Of a DNA stretch of 64,000 nt, positions 38,736 to 50,291 are shown piece by piece. Position numbers and translations under genes: made by a program. Numbering within the stretch: the first letter of the stretch is position 1; each line of letters opens with the position of its first letter. This DNA comes from an uncultured virus (IMG/VR IMGVR_UViG_3300031088_000469) (taxonomy: Duplodnaviria > Heunggongvirae > Uroviricota > Caudoviricetes). The notes below the pieces were generated by a model. That model did no database searches, was not told the DNA's origin, and saw nothing but the letters and a program-made list of their open reading frames with translations. The stretch lies in IMG/VR virus record IMGVR_UViG_3300031088_000469. One strand, 5' to 3'.

Positions 38736-38891
38736 CTACTTGTCGAGTACACCTCCGACGAAACCGCTATTCAATTGACCAAGCTTATAGGCTGGTGTTG
38801 CAATATCTGAGCACACGGGGGACTGCCATTTCTGAGCAGCAACGAGCGTACGCTGTTCAGCGTGTCCGTTCGTAAATAGCTGCTTCATCAT
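38736..38891 (-). CDS. 51-aa upstream ORF (putative leader peptide)
   Basis: AGGAG RBS; MMKQLFTNGHAEQRTLVAAQKWQSPVCSDIATPAYKLGQLNSGFVGGVLDK-stop; lies between promoter and terminator. Confidence 0.5.
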   Translation of the reverse strand: MMKQLFTNGHAEQRTLVAAQKWQSPVCSDIATPAYKLGQLNSGFVGGVLDK

Positions 38892-38962
38892 GTGCGATGT
38901 GCTCCTGGGTTAGGTCAAGTGTTCTTGACGGTTTAGTGTGAGGCGTTTTGCCCTACGTGTAG

Positions 38963-38991
38963 AGACTACACACATCAAAGTGTGTTTGCAA
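38963..38991 (-). promoter_or_regulatory. SigA-like promoter
   Basis: TTGCAA-17-TAGTCT with TG extension. Confidence 0.6.
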
Positions 38992-39141
38992 CCGTTTTCG
39001 GAAACTTTCTCGAAAAACTTTTGCGAGGTGTCTCTGTACCTCTTATTACTAGTGTGGTGGTAACCACCGACATCCTCAATGGTACCACACTTGTTTCGGC
39101 TCTGCCACACCATCTAGCAGAGCCGAAACCTAGTGCATTCT

Positions 39142-40161
39142 CTACGAGAGAGTTACGTCCACCTTCGAGAAGTCCTGCTTGGTGTGTGAACCTCGGCGGG
39201 TGATTGTGGCTGCATCTAGCGCACGATCCTTGTCAAGTGTATAGAGGAACGAGTCGTCCTCGTTGAGAGCCATCCAGACTGTCTGGGAAGGCTTAGCCTT
39301 GTAACCACCACCGGCAAAGGCATCTTCAAATCCTCCGCTAGCTTTCTGTTGGAACATACGACCGTAGTTGCTGTCCATGTTCTCTCGTCCATGCTCAAAA
39401 GAAGCGATAGCTGGTGCAACGTTGGGACCAACAAAGTAGACCGTACGTTCAACGCCATTTATTTCAGCCTTGTGCTCGGCATACTGAAGCTCAGGTGCCT
39501 CTCTCATCTGACGAATAGCCTTGGGGATAGCCCCGTACTCATATTCACTGGAACCCATGTACTCAAATTCGTAGTAGGCACCGAATGTATCTGGCTTGTC
39601 CGTGTCGTCCTTGGTCTTTCGATTGAGAACCTGGGAGGTGTAAAAGAGATTACTTTCATAGAGAGAGTCACTCTTGAAGTCAACAGACTTCGTGACCGGA
39701 CCATTGACTATATCGTCAGTTGTGGTATCGACAGACTCAAATCCGGGAACAGAAGGAACGGCGAAGTCGCTGTAAACTTCATCCTCACGACCAGTAATGG
39801 TCATGATCTTCTCAACAATCTCACGCTTCTTTTCTGCGTCTGATCCAAAGTGGTTATCCATTGAGTTGAACAATGCGTCAGAGAACTTGCCAAAGTAAGG
39901 AGCATCAGATTCCAATAGGCGCTTTACATTTCCCCAGTCATAGTCCACATTTCGCTTCTTGATGGTTGCACCCTTGTCCTTGTACAACTCACCAAGAGCA
40001 GTACGAACCGCACGCTGGTAGGGAGGGGCGGGTGGCTTAGACGCGACCGCGCTCACACGCGATGCTGCCGAAGAGACACCCTTGTTGAGGTTCTTGTGCA
40101 CGGTGGTGCTCTTACCGTTCTTATCAACAATCGACGTTGCTACAGTGTTTGGTGAAGTCAT
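39142..40161 (-). CDS. DKNG-leader hypothetical protein
   Basis: SIVDKNGKSTTVHK; FEYMGSSEYEYGAIP. Confidence 0.8.
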   Translation of the reverse strand: MTSPNTVATSIVDKNGKSTTVHKNLNKGVSSAASRVSAVASKPPAPPYQRAVRTALGELYKDKGATIKKRNVDYDWGNVKRLLESDAPYFGKFSDALFNSMDNHFGSDAEKKREIVEKIMTITGREDEVYSDFAVPSVPGFESVDTTTDDIVNGPVTKSVDFKSDSLYESNLFYTSQVLNRKTKDDTDKPDTFGAYYEFEYMGSSEYEYGAIPKAIRQMREAPELQYAEHKAEINGVERTVYFVGPNVAPAIASFEHGRENMDSNYGRMFQQKASGGFEDAFAGGGYKAKPSQTVWMALNEDDSFLYTLDKDRALDAATITRRGSHTKQDFSKVDVTLS

Positions 40162-40251
40162 GAAAGAATTCTACCATTTGGCTCAGACACCGTTCTGGTT
40201 AAACGACTACACCCCGGACCAGCCCAGTCCGGGGTGTAGTGAGATGAAGTG

Positions 40252-40968
40252 TTATGCCTCGACGTTGGTGGTCATGGCGGGAGAGGTGATAACGGCTCGG
40301 GGGCTGCTCTTCACCTCGAACGTCTCGGGGTGAGCCTTGCGAAGACGACCAAGCTGGTAGGAAGCGGACTGAACACTGGGAGCGCCAGTCCAACGCATCA
40401 TGTCGGAAGCAGTGACCGCCTTGCCCTTCGCCACGTGGTTCTTGACGAGAACGAGAATCTGGTTATCGGTCTTCTTCTTGGTGCCGATGACGATCTCTCC
40501 ATCCTTGTTGGTCGCCTTGACGGTGGAACCGGAGCGCTTCTTCTGGCGGTGGATGAGGATGGCGAGGAGGTGGATGACGAACATGAGCGCGACAGGAGGT
40601 GCAGCAGCCATGATGGTGGAAGTGGTGACATCAAGCTCGCGGGTGTCATTGAGAGCCACGTGGCGGGCGTTGAGGATGATCGATGCAGCAGAGAAGAGTG
40701 CGAGCACGGACCAGGAGTAGAACTTCTCACCCCGCTTGTTCTCGAACGAAGCCAGGTAGAAGATGGCGACGGTGGCAGCGAGGATGGGACCGTCGATGAT
40801 GATGGGGAAGATCCACGACACCATCTCGGGGTTACCACTGGCGACGAACATCTCGGTCAGTGCGCGGAACGAGAGCGTGAACGCACCGATACCGATGATG
40901 GTAAGCAGGATGACCGCGAACACCTGGAGGGAGTTGGCGGAGGTCTTCATTGCGGGCTGGTTCGACAT
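40252..40968 (-). CDS. DUF2637-like four-TM membrane protein with C-terminal wHTH-like region
   Basis: AFTLSFRAL...WIFPIIIDG...N..H...AAPP; higher GC3 than its neighbours. Confidence 0.7.
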   Translation of the reverse strand: MSNQPAMKTSANSLQVFAVILLTIIGIGAFTLSFRALTEMFVASGNPEMVSWIFPIIIDGPILAATVAIFYLASFENKRGEKFYSWSVLALFSAASIILNARHVALNDTRELDVTTSTIMAAAPPVALMFVIHLLAILIHRQKKRSGSTVKATNKDGEIVIGTKKKTDNQILVLVKNHVAKGKAVTASDMMRWTGAPSVQSASYQLGRLRKAHPETFEVKSSPRAVITSPAMTTNVEA

Positions 40969-41058
40969 GGTGTGCCTTTCGTTGTGACTAAGTTCTGTGG
41001 GCTGTTTTTGCTACACAGTTATCTTAGTACGAACTTAGACAAGATGTCAAGTCAGTCT

Positions 41059-41670
41059 TTAGCTAAGTACGATTACTTGGTGCTTAGCCTTCGTCTCTTC
41101 TATCTCAACTGGGTTGGAACCTTGAACGTATACCGTTCCAAAAGCATTGTCTTCGGGGACAACCACTACGGAAGCGTCATCCTTGGAAACCATGTCTGCA
41201 CCTACACCAGCCGACAGAATTACCGTCACGTGTGAAGATCCACTGGCTGTAATCTCGGGGGTGTGACGCTCTCCATAGGTCTTGATGACAGCGTTACCGG
41301 CACTCACATTGATGCGTGCCTTCTTCATCGTATCGAGATGAATAAGAACAGGGCTATCTACGCAGTCAAGGTCTAACGAACCATCATCGTTCAGAGAGTA
41401 GTCGGTAATCATGAACAGGGACGACTCGTCTGTAGGCGTGTCCGCCGCTACCTTATTGATAGCCCGTTCATTACCGGCTGGTCTGATAGACACATAACGA
41501 CCATCAGAGTATGCGTTGAGATCGAAATCATCTTCACCAATAGCCTTCTGGGGCGTAACAAAGCTCACTCTCTGAGCAGCGCTAGACTTATCAGGTCTTT
41601 TGTACACGGTCGTCAGCCGACCATTTATATCGACAACCCTCTGAGCGTTATAGGGATGAGCGACCGCCAT
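41059..41670 (-). CDS. DxNG-leader protein with beta-helix-like C-terminus
   Basis: RVVDINGRLTTVYKR. Confidence 0.75.
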   Translation of the reverse strand: MAVAHPYNAQRVVDINGRLTTVYKRPDKSSAAQRVSFVTPQKAIGEDDFDLNAYSDGRYVSIRPAGNERAINKVAADTPTDESSLFMITDYSLNDDGSLDLDCVDSPVLIHLDTMKKARINVSAGNAVIKTYGERHTPEITASGSSHVTVILSAGVGADMVSKDDASVVVVPEDNAFGTVYVQGSNPVEIEETKAKHQVIVLS

Positions 41671-42488
41671 CAGTATGCAGCCACCGAGTCAGCGTATAGC
41701 TCGAACGTCAGTTCTTTGTCAACTGGCGGAATACGCTTCGACTCATCCTTCTGCTTGGTTCCCTCGGTGAAGAAGGAACTCATCGTGTCTTTCCAATCCT
41801 GTACAGCGGAATCAGAATCACTACGTCTCGACTTTGTTGTGTCACCGAAGATCACAAACGAGAACGGCGTGTCCTTTTCGGGTTCTAGCTCCAACGTCTC
41901 GCCTCGAACATCTACAGCCCAAGCATATGCTGCTAGATCACGAGCATGAGTCATCTCTTCATCAGATAGCTCGCGACTGAACTGAAGTCGGAATTGATAT
42001 GGTTCTGACGGGTAGTTGTTATCGGTTAGACGGGTGTATACAACACCATCGTGCTCGACCTTATCGAACACCTCTCCACTTTGGACTCTACTGTCTGAAC
42101 TACTAGGAACTATGACGGGCGCTGCACCAACAGAAGGCTCGGAGGTATCCAGTGCTGCCCTCAAAGAATCAACTGAGTAGCCGCCAAAGTTCTCACTGAA
42201 GACCTGATCGTATGAAGTCTTCAATCCTGTGTCAGAGTAATCGCCGCTGGCAACAACCTCGGCGTTGACTAGATCTACAAAGTCCTCATCCTGGGACAGA
42301 GGCAGTCTGTTTCTGACAATCCAGTTCTCGATTTCAGCGGAGTTGATAGATGTCTGCTGAGGGGGCACTGCCGTATTGGGAATCCGGTTGCGACCTGAGA
42401 GAGAAGAAACACCCTTATCGACGGACTTCCAGACAGTCTTCTGGTGACCGTTTCGGTCGTTAATGATGTGTGCGACTCTACCTTGCAT
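41670..42488 (-). CDS. DxNG-leader hypothetical protein
   Basis: HIINDRNGHQKTVWK; GGAG RBS. Confidence 0.75.
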   Translation of the reverse strand: MQGRVAHIINDRNGHQKTVWKSVDKGVSSLSGRNRIPNTAVPPQQTSINSAEIENWIVRNRLPLSQDEDFVDLVNAEVVASGDYSDTGLKTSYDQVFSENFGGYSVDSLRAALDTSEPSVGAAPVIVPSSSDSRVQSGEVFDKVEHDGVVYTRLTDNNYPSEPYQFRLQFSRELSDEEMTHARDLAAYAWAVDVRGETLELEPEKDTPFSFVIFGDTTKSRRSDSDSAVQDWKDTMSSFFTEGTKQKDESKRIPPVDKELTFELYADSVAAY

Positions 42489-42576
42489 GATTTCTCCGTT
42501 GCTTGCCTAGGTAGATTGTATCTGATGAGTATGACAATGGACCGGCACTCTAACAGTACCGGTCCATCCTCTACAG

Positions 42577-43425
42577 CTACTTGACGACTACTACGTCGCC
42601 CTTACCCTCCCAGAGGTCAAAATGACCCTTGGTGTTGAATCTTCGCTCACCACTTCTGAGCAGGACACTCATTGCTTCAACGTCGCCGGGACGCGCACCA
42701 TTGACTCGCATTTTTCGTACAGCATCAACATGATAACCGTGACGCTCGATGTTGTCTTTGCGGTCAAAGAGAATGATGTCGAACTTCTGCCTTAGCTGCT
42801 CCACTCTTTCCCAGTAGGCATTGAAGTCGAATTCATTGTTGTTCACGCTAGCTTCACCAGTACCCACAACTGCGTTGTAAGCAGCCTGAGAGCCTTCGTA
42901 AGGGGGGTCAAGCACAATGATGACATCATCGCCTAGTGCAGCAATTTCATCGTCTGTGATGTCAAGATAAGAACTCTGACGAACGTCGGGCTGTAGCTCG
43001 TTCCATCTCAGCAATGCTCGTTCATAAGAAGGCTGGTTGTGGAAGACATTGATCTTGTTCTTCTCTGGGTCAGCACCACCCTTAGCTGGTACGTTGTAAC
43101 CCCTCTTAGAGTATCGGAATACGCCAGAGAAAGACATGGACTGCAAGCAGTAAGCGTGCTGCCACCAATCAGGTTCAAACCTGACACGGTAGTAGTCTTC
43201 TCGGGTAAACGACTCAGGCACAATCTGCTCGTCAAATCGAGAGAGGATAGTCGCAACGATTGGATCAAGGTCAACTAGCAAAGCCTTGGTCGCCAAGTTT
43301 GCGCTAAGCACAGCGGAACCAGCAAACATCTCAACAAAAGGACGACCTGCGAACTCTTGGAGGTAAGGAACCCAAGCCCTCTTCGAGCCTACGTAGCTTG
43401 GTAGAAACCTAATCAATTCGCCCAT
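42577..43425 (-). CDS. Dam-like (D12 class) N6-adenine DNA methyltransferase
   Basis: YVGSK, VEMFAGS, FSGVFRYS..GYNVP and DPPY. Confidence 0.85.
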   Translation of the reverse strand: MGELIRFLPSYVGSKRAWVPYLQEFAGRPFVEMFAGSAVLSANLATKALLVDLDPIVATILSRFDEQIVPESFTREDYYRVRFEPDWWQHAYCLQSMSFSGVFRYSKRGYNVPAKGGADPEKNKINVFHNQPSYERALLRWNELQPDVRQSSYLDITDDEIAALGDDVIIVLDPPYEGSQAAYNAVVGTGEASVNNNEFDFNAYWERVEQLRQKFDIILFDRKDNIERHGYHVDAVRKMRVNGARPGDVEAMSVLLRSGERRFNTKGHFDLWEGKGDVVVVK

Positions 43426-43575
43426 GTATCCATCATTCTCATCTGCTCTAACTTCCTGTCAGAGCGACGTAAGCTTAACAGTAGAGTCATAACCGGTCAA
43501 GCGTTTTGAGAAATCTAGGAATTGGTCTTAGAGCTTGTCTAACCCATATACTTACCAAGAGCTACAGGAAGAGAT

Positions 43576-44106
43576 ATGCAAGAGATCATCAGCCCAGAAA
43601 ACTACCTACAGTTACTCCTTGGAGGGGTACTAGCTACGCTATTGTTCATCTCTCTATCACTACATAGTGTCTTTCGTAAACTAGGTATCTCAGCTTGGAA
43701 GGCATGGGTACCATTCGTCAACGGTTGGACATTTTTCCGCGCGGCGGGCATGAATGGTGCTTGGGTATTTGGTCTGATAGTACCTATTCTCGGCAGCGTG
43801 ATCTTCTTCATAGCTGTGAACCGCCTCTCGACAAAGCTTGGTTTTGATGGGATCAGCATGGTCATCCTTGCGGTATTCTTCCCTGCTTTCTGGCTACTCA
43901 CTGTAGCCGTGTCTCACAACCGCATTCTTTCACTAAACGAAAGAGCGGTAGCGACAGGTGGAAGACAATGGGCGCTCGTAGGAGCAGAGTCTAGGGCTGT
44001 CACTGCTCCGCATGTGCCGCAACCCTACACAACCGCACCTCCACCTCAAGAAGAGCCTAGGTTCGGGTACTCAGACAAAAGTCACATTAGAGAAACACCG
44101 TACTAG
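43576..44106 (+). CDS. DUF5684-like membrane protein
   Basis: F.K.G...WKAWVPF.N......AG..G.W pattern, several TM helices. Confidence 0.75.
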   Translation: MQEIISPENYLQLLLGGVLATLLFISLSLHSVFRKLGISAWKAWVPFVNGWTFFRAAGMNGAWVFGLIVPILGSVIFFIAVNRLSTKLGFDGISMVILAVFFPAFWLLTVAVSHNRILSLNERAVATGGRQWALVGAESRAVTAPHVPQPYTTAPPPQEEPRFGYSDKSHIRETPY

Positions 44107-44594
44107 ACAGAGCTAACGGTCGAGGAAGATGACCACTCTCCTGCGGTTACCTCGATGGACTTGACAAAGTACGACTTGCGTCTTCGCTGAATGCCCCATT
44201 TCGCCAACAGTGACGGAACCTTATCACCCTCCACACCATGCGCCCTGCATGTGACAATCAGATTTCTCATGGTTGTCGCACCGCCAAGCTTTCGAGGGTA
44301 GAAGTGCTTTGCTACCAAAGCTGAGTTCTTGCAACGCCTACCATACGTACTGCACTCACACCTTTGTCCCGCCCGTAAAGAGCCAAGAGTCTGCTGTGTC
44401 TCGTTGAACTCTGACTGCTCTTTAGCAAGGAGTTTGTCTACCCTTACTGAGCGCAAGGTAGCCACTAAAGCCAGTAGTGCTCGTACCACAAACAGGATGA
44501 TTGCCGCACCAATGATTCTAGGGAAGATGTTCGGGTCGTTGAACATCTGCGAGAAGACCCAAAACACCACTGCTGTGATGGGGTTGCTGTTCAT
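44103..44594 (-). CDS. membrane-anchored HNH-like protein, degenerate
   Basis: N-terminal TM; RAGQRCE...C....AKHFYP..LGG.T...NL...C..H; start uncertain. Confidence 0.55.
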   Translation of the reverse strand: MNSNPITAVVFWVFSQMFNDPNIFPRIIGAAIILFVVRALLALVATLRSVRVDKLLAKEQSEFNETQQTLGSLRAGQRCECSTYGRRCKNSALVAKHFYPRKLGGATTMRNLIVTCRAHGVEGDKVPSLLAKWGIQRRRKSYFVKSIEVTAGEWSSSSTVSSV

Positions 44595-44930
44595 TACTTC
44601 TTGCACATAGACAAAGTAGCACCCGGGTAAGCCACGTCCGTTAAAAGCGGAAACCCCCAGCCTTTTACAACCGGGGGTTTCCAACCATCCACGCGGTAGC
44701 GAATCGCGTCTTCCTTGTTGGAAGTCTATAGTTACGTTGTCATTGAATCAGTACAACGCAAAACGGCACCAAGACCATCTGAATGGTGCATAGTGCCGTC
44801 TTTGAGAACAGGTGAACAGAAAACTGCCATGACCGTAGAGTTGGATGCCATAGTTACCCGCATCAGCTAGAAAGTCCCATGTTTCTCATTGGATAAATCC
44901 TAGCACCTGGCTCCGACATTGTTCTCATAA

Positions 44931-45791
44931 TCAGTTAGTTCCCACCACAGAAGCAATCTCTGCCGGTGCGCCCGCAGACAACGGCTGCCATTCAACGAAC
45001 TCAGCAAACACTATCAGTCGCTCGGTGTTGCTCCATTCCGGCCAGCAGGTTGTGAGAGTCAAGGTCTTTCGCTCTGCAACCTTTGCGTCTTCAACTGTGC
45101 TTCCTGCCTGGTTAGCGATAGGTGCAATAACAGAGACATCACTTGGCTTGACAATAGAGTGCTCTTCCTTCATCTCATATGTGTAGTAACCATCCTTGGT
45201 CTGGACATAAATCTTGTCCCCAGGAACTACCGTTTTGAGATTGGCAAAGACGGTATTGCGATGACCAGCTAGGGCAAAATTGCCATACTGACCAGGCATC
45301 TGAGATCCCTTATAGTGACCAATACCTTCATCGAGCACTGCGCTACCAGTGTCTTGCAAAACGACCCTCTTGTAGTTAGCATCTAGCCTGGGAATGTACA
45401 GAACTCCAAACTTTTCTGCTGAGGGAACTACCGAGCTATCACTCAAGGGAGGATTCTGTGGGTCAAAGTCAGCAGCACCGGCAGGTTCTGTAACACCGAA
45501 ATTCTCGATCACTTGGTTAGCACTAGACGACTGCTGTGTAGCCGTAACAGCGTCAAGAATGACGAACTTCCACAGGAAGAACAGTCCCGCTATCACAGCG
45601 AACGTGATTAGTAGCTCGGCGGCAACTGTGATAGCTAGGTCTACCCAACTTTTAGGACGTTTGGAAGCTGGCTTGTTACCGCCAATCCTCTCTGACTGAA
45701 TAGCTTTACGCCTCTCTCCCGGCGTGCCCCTCTGATTACTAATGATGGAATCAAAGTCCCCACTAGGAAAGGAGTTGGTAGGTGATGTCAT
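44931..45791 (-). CDS. class E sortase
   Basis: TM anchor; GNFALAGHR; TLTLTTC.P......R catalytic H-C-R. Confidence 0.9.
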   Translation of the reverse strand: MTSPTNSFPSGDFDSIISNQRGTPGERRKAIQSERIGGNKPASKRPKSWVDLAITVAAELLITFAVIAGLFFLWKFVILDAVTATQQSSSANQVIENFGVTEPAGAADFDPQNPPLSDSSVVPSAEKFGVLYIPRLDANYKRVVLQDTGSAVLDEGIGHYKGSQMPGQYGNFALAGHRNTVFANLKTVVPGDKIYVQTKDGYYTYEMKEEHSIVKPSDVSVIAPIANQAGSTVEDAKVAERKTLTLTTCWPEWSNTERLIVFAEFVEWQPLSAGAPAEIASVVGTN

Positions 45792-45816
45792 TCAATCTGG
45801 TCCTAATCTTTGTTCG

Positions 45817-47003
<1,187 letters not shown>

Positions 47004-47119
47004 CAACCTCTCTAATTCCCTTGCGAGGGTACCAAACTACCATGCGGATTGTGAGGTTTTCGAAATACAGAAGAAGGCACCAAACAGATTTCGTTTGGTG
47101 CCTTCTTTGTGGTGAATCC

Positions 47120-47908
47120 TTACGGAGCCACTCGACCATTCTTCTGGAACGAAGCGTGCGTATTGGGCATCTTCTCCTCGAAAATGTCTTCCATCTGCTC
47201 AGCAGCCATCTCAATTTCACGCTGCGGGAACGAGGGGAAGTGAGAACCTTCTCGCTTGGTCCTCAATGACAGGAAGTTCATCATGGACCGTGCATTTACC
47301 GTGACATACATGGATGAGTACAGGTTTAGAGGAAGAACAATTCTCGCTACCTCACGTGCGATACCTGCATCAAGCATTCTCTGGTAAGCACCATAAGCCT
47401 CGACCGACTGCCTACGTGTCTCAGCGTCAACTAGTGCCGTCTGCTCTGGAGAGCCAGGAAGGAAGTTGTAAGCACCAGGCTTTCCTACCTGAAGAAGGTT
47501 TCTGTCTTCTGCGGGAACATAGAAGGTGGGACGAAGCTCACGATAGCGCCCAGATTCTTCGTTGTAGCTCGCCATGCGATGACGCATGAACTCACGGAAT
47601 ACGAAGATGGGTGCTTCTACGTAGAAGGTAAACGAATTGTGCTCGAACGGCGAACCGTGGCGGTCGCGCATCAGGTAATTGATGAGACCAGCACCCTTCC
47701 TCTCAGCCTTCTGTTTTTCCTCTTCTGTCAACTCTTCATAGTTGACAATCTCACGAGTCTGTTCACCTGCGGTAGATACTCGCGCGGCGTAAAGAACGTC
47801 CTCGTCAGAAGCAGAAGATCGTACTAGCTCGACCTTGATGTCGGATCTGAAAATTGCTTCAAACGCACACTCTTTCTTCTGAGTGTTTAGTGTCTCTGTG
47901 TCTGTCAT
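47120..47908 (-). CDS. thyX: flavin-dependent thymidylate synthase
   Basis: HGSPFEH, RHRMASYNEESGRY, AREVAR.VLP, N.RS..NFL.LR and Q.EI. Confidence 0.97.
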   Translation of the reverse strand: MTDTETLNTQKKECAFEAIFRSDIKVELVRSSASDEDVLYAARVSTAGEQTREIVNYEELTEEEKQKAERKGAGLINYLMRDRHGSPFEHNSFTFYVEAPIFVFREFMRHRMASYNEESGRYRELRPTFYVPAEDRNLLQVGKPGAYNFLPGSPEQTALVDAETRRQSVEAYGAYQRMLDAGIAREVARIVLPLNLYSSMYVTVNARSMMNFLSLRTKREGSHFPSFPQREIEMAAEQMEDIFEEKMPNTHASFQKNGRVAP

Positions 47909-47948
47909 GTGTTGATGTTTCTCCTTGTTTTCAATGATGGTTCTGGCG

Positions 47949-48755
47949 TTACTGATTCAATACCGAGTTGTCTGGGTTCTTGGAATCGGACTGAACCAAG
48001 TCTAGCTCGGTACTGACTGCTTCATTCTGTAATTCGTCGTAAGACTTCGTATCTACAGGTGAACATGGGGCAGAAATGTAGATAGTGGCGTAGCCATTAC
48101 CTCTGTCTGCAAGCATTACTCGATAGCTGATGTAATCGACCTGAGGCTCTCCGGATGATTCAATCGAATAGGTATCGACAGGAACGTATTCCGCATCCTT
48201 TACAGGTGGAACATACCATGCCCGCTGCGTCGAATCGACCGCAAACCCAAACTCCGAAGTGTCGTAAGACTTCCAGCCTCTACGACCAAGATCGCTCGAA
48301 AGCTTCTTTGATACCGCCTCGAAGTCAGCCTTGGTTGCGGGCTTACCTTCGTCACTCATCAATCGATATACATACGCACTAGTTGTAGATGCGTTTACCT
48401 TGCCTATTGCGGAAGGAAGCCAAGCGGCGCAGGCAGTCTTGCTGATTGGGTCGGAAAAGGCGGATTCAGTTGACTTGGGAATCCACTCCAATGGAGATCT
48501 ATCCACTTGATAGCTTTCTCCCCAGCCCACTTTGCCAAACCAAGCATCAAACCCTTTGGAGAGTTCATTGGTCTCAAAGCTCTGCTCGTTATACGTCTCA
48601 AACGGCGCTGGCTCGTGCTCTACGACGCTTTCTAGGCTAAACGATGACGTGGTGTTGAACGCTGGTGTATCTACGCTCTGGCAGCCGCTGAGCAACGTCA
48701 TGGCAGCCACTGTGGACGCAACAGATACTACAATCTTGCGGGTTGACTTCATCAT
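47949..48755 (-). CDS. lipoprotein
   Basis: MMKSTRK...LLSGC lipobox. Confidence 0.75.
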   Translation of the reverse strand: MMKSTRKIVVSVASTVAAMTLLSGCQSVDTPAFNTTSSFSLESVVEHEPAPFETYNEQSFETNELSKGFDAWFGKVGWGESYQVDRSPLEWIPKSTESAFSDPISKTACAAWLPSAIGKVNASTTSAYVYRLMSDEGKPATKADFEAVSKKLSSDLGRRGWKSYDTSEFGFAVDSTQRAWYVPPVKDAEYVPVDTYSIESSGEPQVDYISYRVMLADRGNGYATIYISAPCSPVDTKSYDELQNEAVSTELDLVQSDSKNPDNSVLNQ

Positions 48756-50230
48756 GCTACCTCTCCCTTGTACTTGTAGATCCATGAAAGACCAAAATCG
48801 TCTAGCTCTAGCTGAGCACGAGTTACAGCGACATAGGCAAGCATTGCCTCTTCGCGCGACAACGGCTGCTGCACACCATCGATGTACTTAGGAGGGTAGA
48901 AGTCCTCACCAATCTGAACGCGGTTCCACTCCAAGCCCTTCGCAATGTGAGCCGTCGAGATGATGACATCAGACCTATCAGCATCAACGCAAGAATCGAT
49001 TGCGTCGATAATCTGGATTGGTGCCCAGGTCTGAACGAGGTTTACTAGCGGTGCGAACTCTGCACCCTCATCCGTTTCGCTGAACATCACCACTTCATTC
49101 CAGCTATCGAATACAGAGAAATCAGGGTGAGGCGTGTAACCCTTATCCTGCAAGTCCTGTGCCGCCTTAGCAATCTTCTTCATCTCGTTAGCCTTGTGCT
49201 GACCGGCGATAGAAACCTTCTGTCCTGCACTCTGACGAGCAAGGACTTCAACCATGCTCCCGATGTTGGTTCGTGTAAGCACCGCGTCAGGACGCTCCAT
49301 GCGTTCTCCAAAAAGCACCTGAGAGCGAATGGTCGGTGTACCACGTAGCCTAATGTCAGCATCTAGAAGGTCAAGGATCTTGTTTGCTTGCGCAGCTACA
49401 GCATCACCAAATCGGAACGACTGCGTAAGATGCCTCTCAACTCCGCCAAACTCGGTCATTGCATCTACGGTTCCGCCTCGCCAACCGTAGATAGCCTGTG
49501 ACCGGTCTCCCACCGCGATAATCTGGGCGTGATCCATCTGAGCCTTGATGATTTCCACCATAAGCGAATCGGCATCCTGAGCCTCATCGAGGAAGATGTA
49601 GTCAGCATCGATGTAGGGGTTGCTTAGTTGGTAAAGCTTGAGGTAGTCATCATGGGAAACGGGCATTTCGCTATCGAGCGAGACAATCTCATCCCAGATG
49701 CGCTCGGCGTACTTGTGAATGAGTGGCGATAGCTCAGCAGACACCCTTGCATCTGCTGCAAGAAGCGGAGGAAGCTCAACGAGCGACTCGCTAATTCTCG
49801 CATCTTTGGTCTTTGTGAACTGCTTCACCGTCTGCTTGGCAAGATGAGCAAGCTCTGACGCGCCAATCTTGCGTTCGCTGATGGTATCGCCCTTGACAGT
49901 TGTCGGGACAATATCGAGCATCTTGGCTAGGGTGGAGTTCCTAATGAAGGCGCTTCCCTGACCAGGAAGTCGAGACTGTCTAGGTGCACCAAAACCACGA
50001 TAGGCAAGAGAGTGTGCTGTTCTAGCCTCGACATTCGTCTTACGGAACTTAGACTGTGCTTCGGTCTGTACCGCCTTATTGAAGGCAAGGTAGAGACCCT
50101 TTCGGTTGTCTCCGGTAGCCATCATCTTGAGAACAGTGGTCTTACCTGTACCGGCACCAGCAATCAACGAAACGTTATCACCGTCGTCAAATGCCTCAAT
50201 AGCGTCGTATTGCTCGTCAGTCGCTTTCAC
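48752..50230 (-). CDS. UvrD/Rep-like superfamily 1 helicase
   Basis: AGAGTGKT, LAFNK, DEAQD, VGD..Q.IYGWRG, LTQSFRF, T.H.AKGLEW and YVAVTRA. Confidence 0.92.
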   Translation of the reverse strand: MKATDEQYDAIEAFDDGDNVSLIAGAGTGKTTVLKMMATGDNRKGLYLAFNKAVQTEAQSKFRKTNVEARTAHSLAYRGFGAPRQSRLPGQGSAFIRNSTLAKMLDIVPTTVKGDTISERKIGASELAHLAKQTVKQFTKTKDARISESLVELPPLLAADARVSAELSPLIHKYAERIWDEIVSLDSEMPVSHDDYLKLYQLSNPYIDADYIFLDEAQDADSLMVEIIKAQMDHAQIIAVGDRSQAIYGWRGGTVDAMTEFGGVERHLTQSFRFGDAVAAQANKILDLLDADIRLRGTPTIRSQVLFGERMERPDAVLTRTNIGSMVEVLARQSAGQKVSIAGQHKANEMKKIAKAAQDLQDKGYTPHPDFSVFDSWNEVVMFSETDEGAEFAPLVNLVQTWAPIQIIDAIDSCVDADRSDVIISTAHIAKGLEWNRVQIGEDFYPPKYIDGVQQPLSREEAMLAYVAVTRAQLELDDFGLSWIYKYKGEVA

Positions 50231-50291
50231 GCATCACTCCAAAGTAGAAACGCGATCATAGCAACCAGACGAGCAATACGCAACAGGCTAT

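Noticed and set aside
40249..41235. 328-aa plus-strand ORF
   Set aside because: It is the antisense shadow of the high-GC3 DUF2637-like gene and overlaps two better-supported minus-strand genes.
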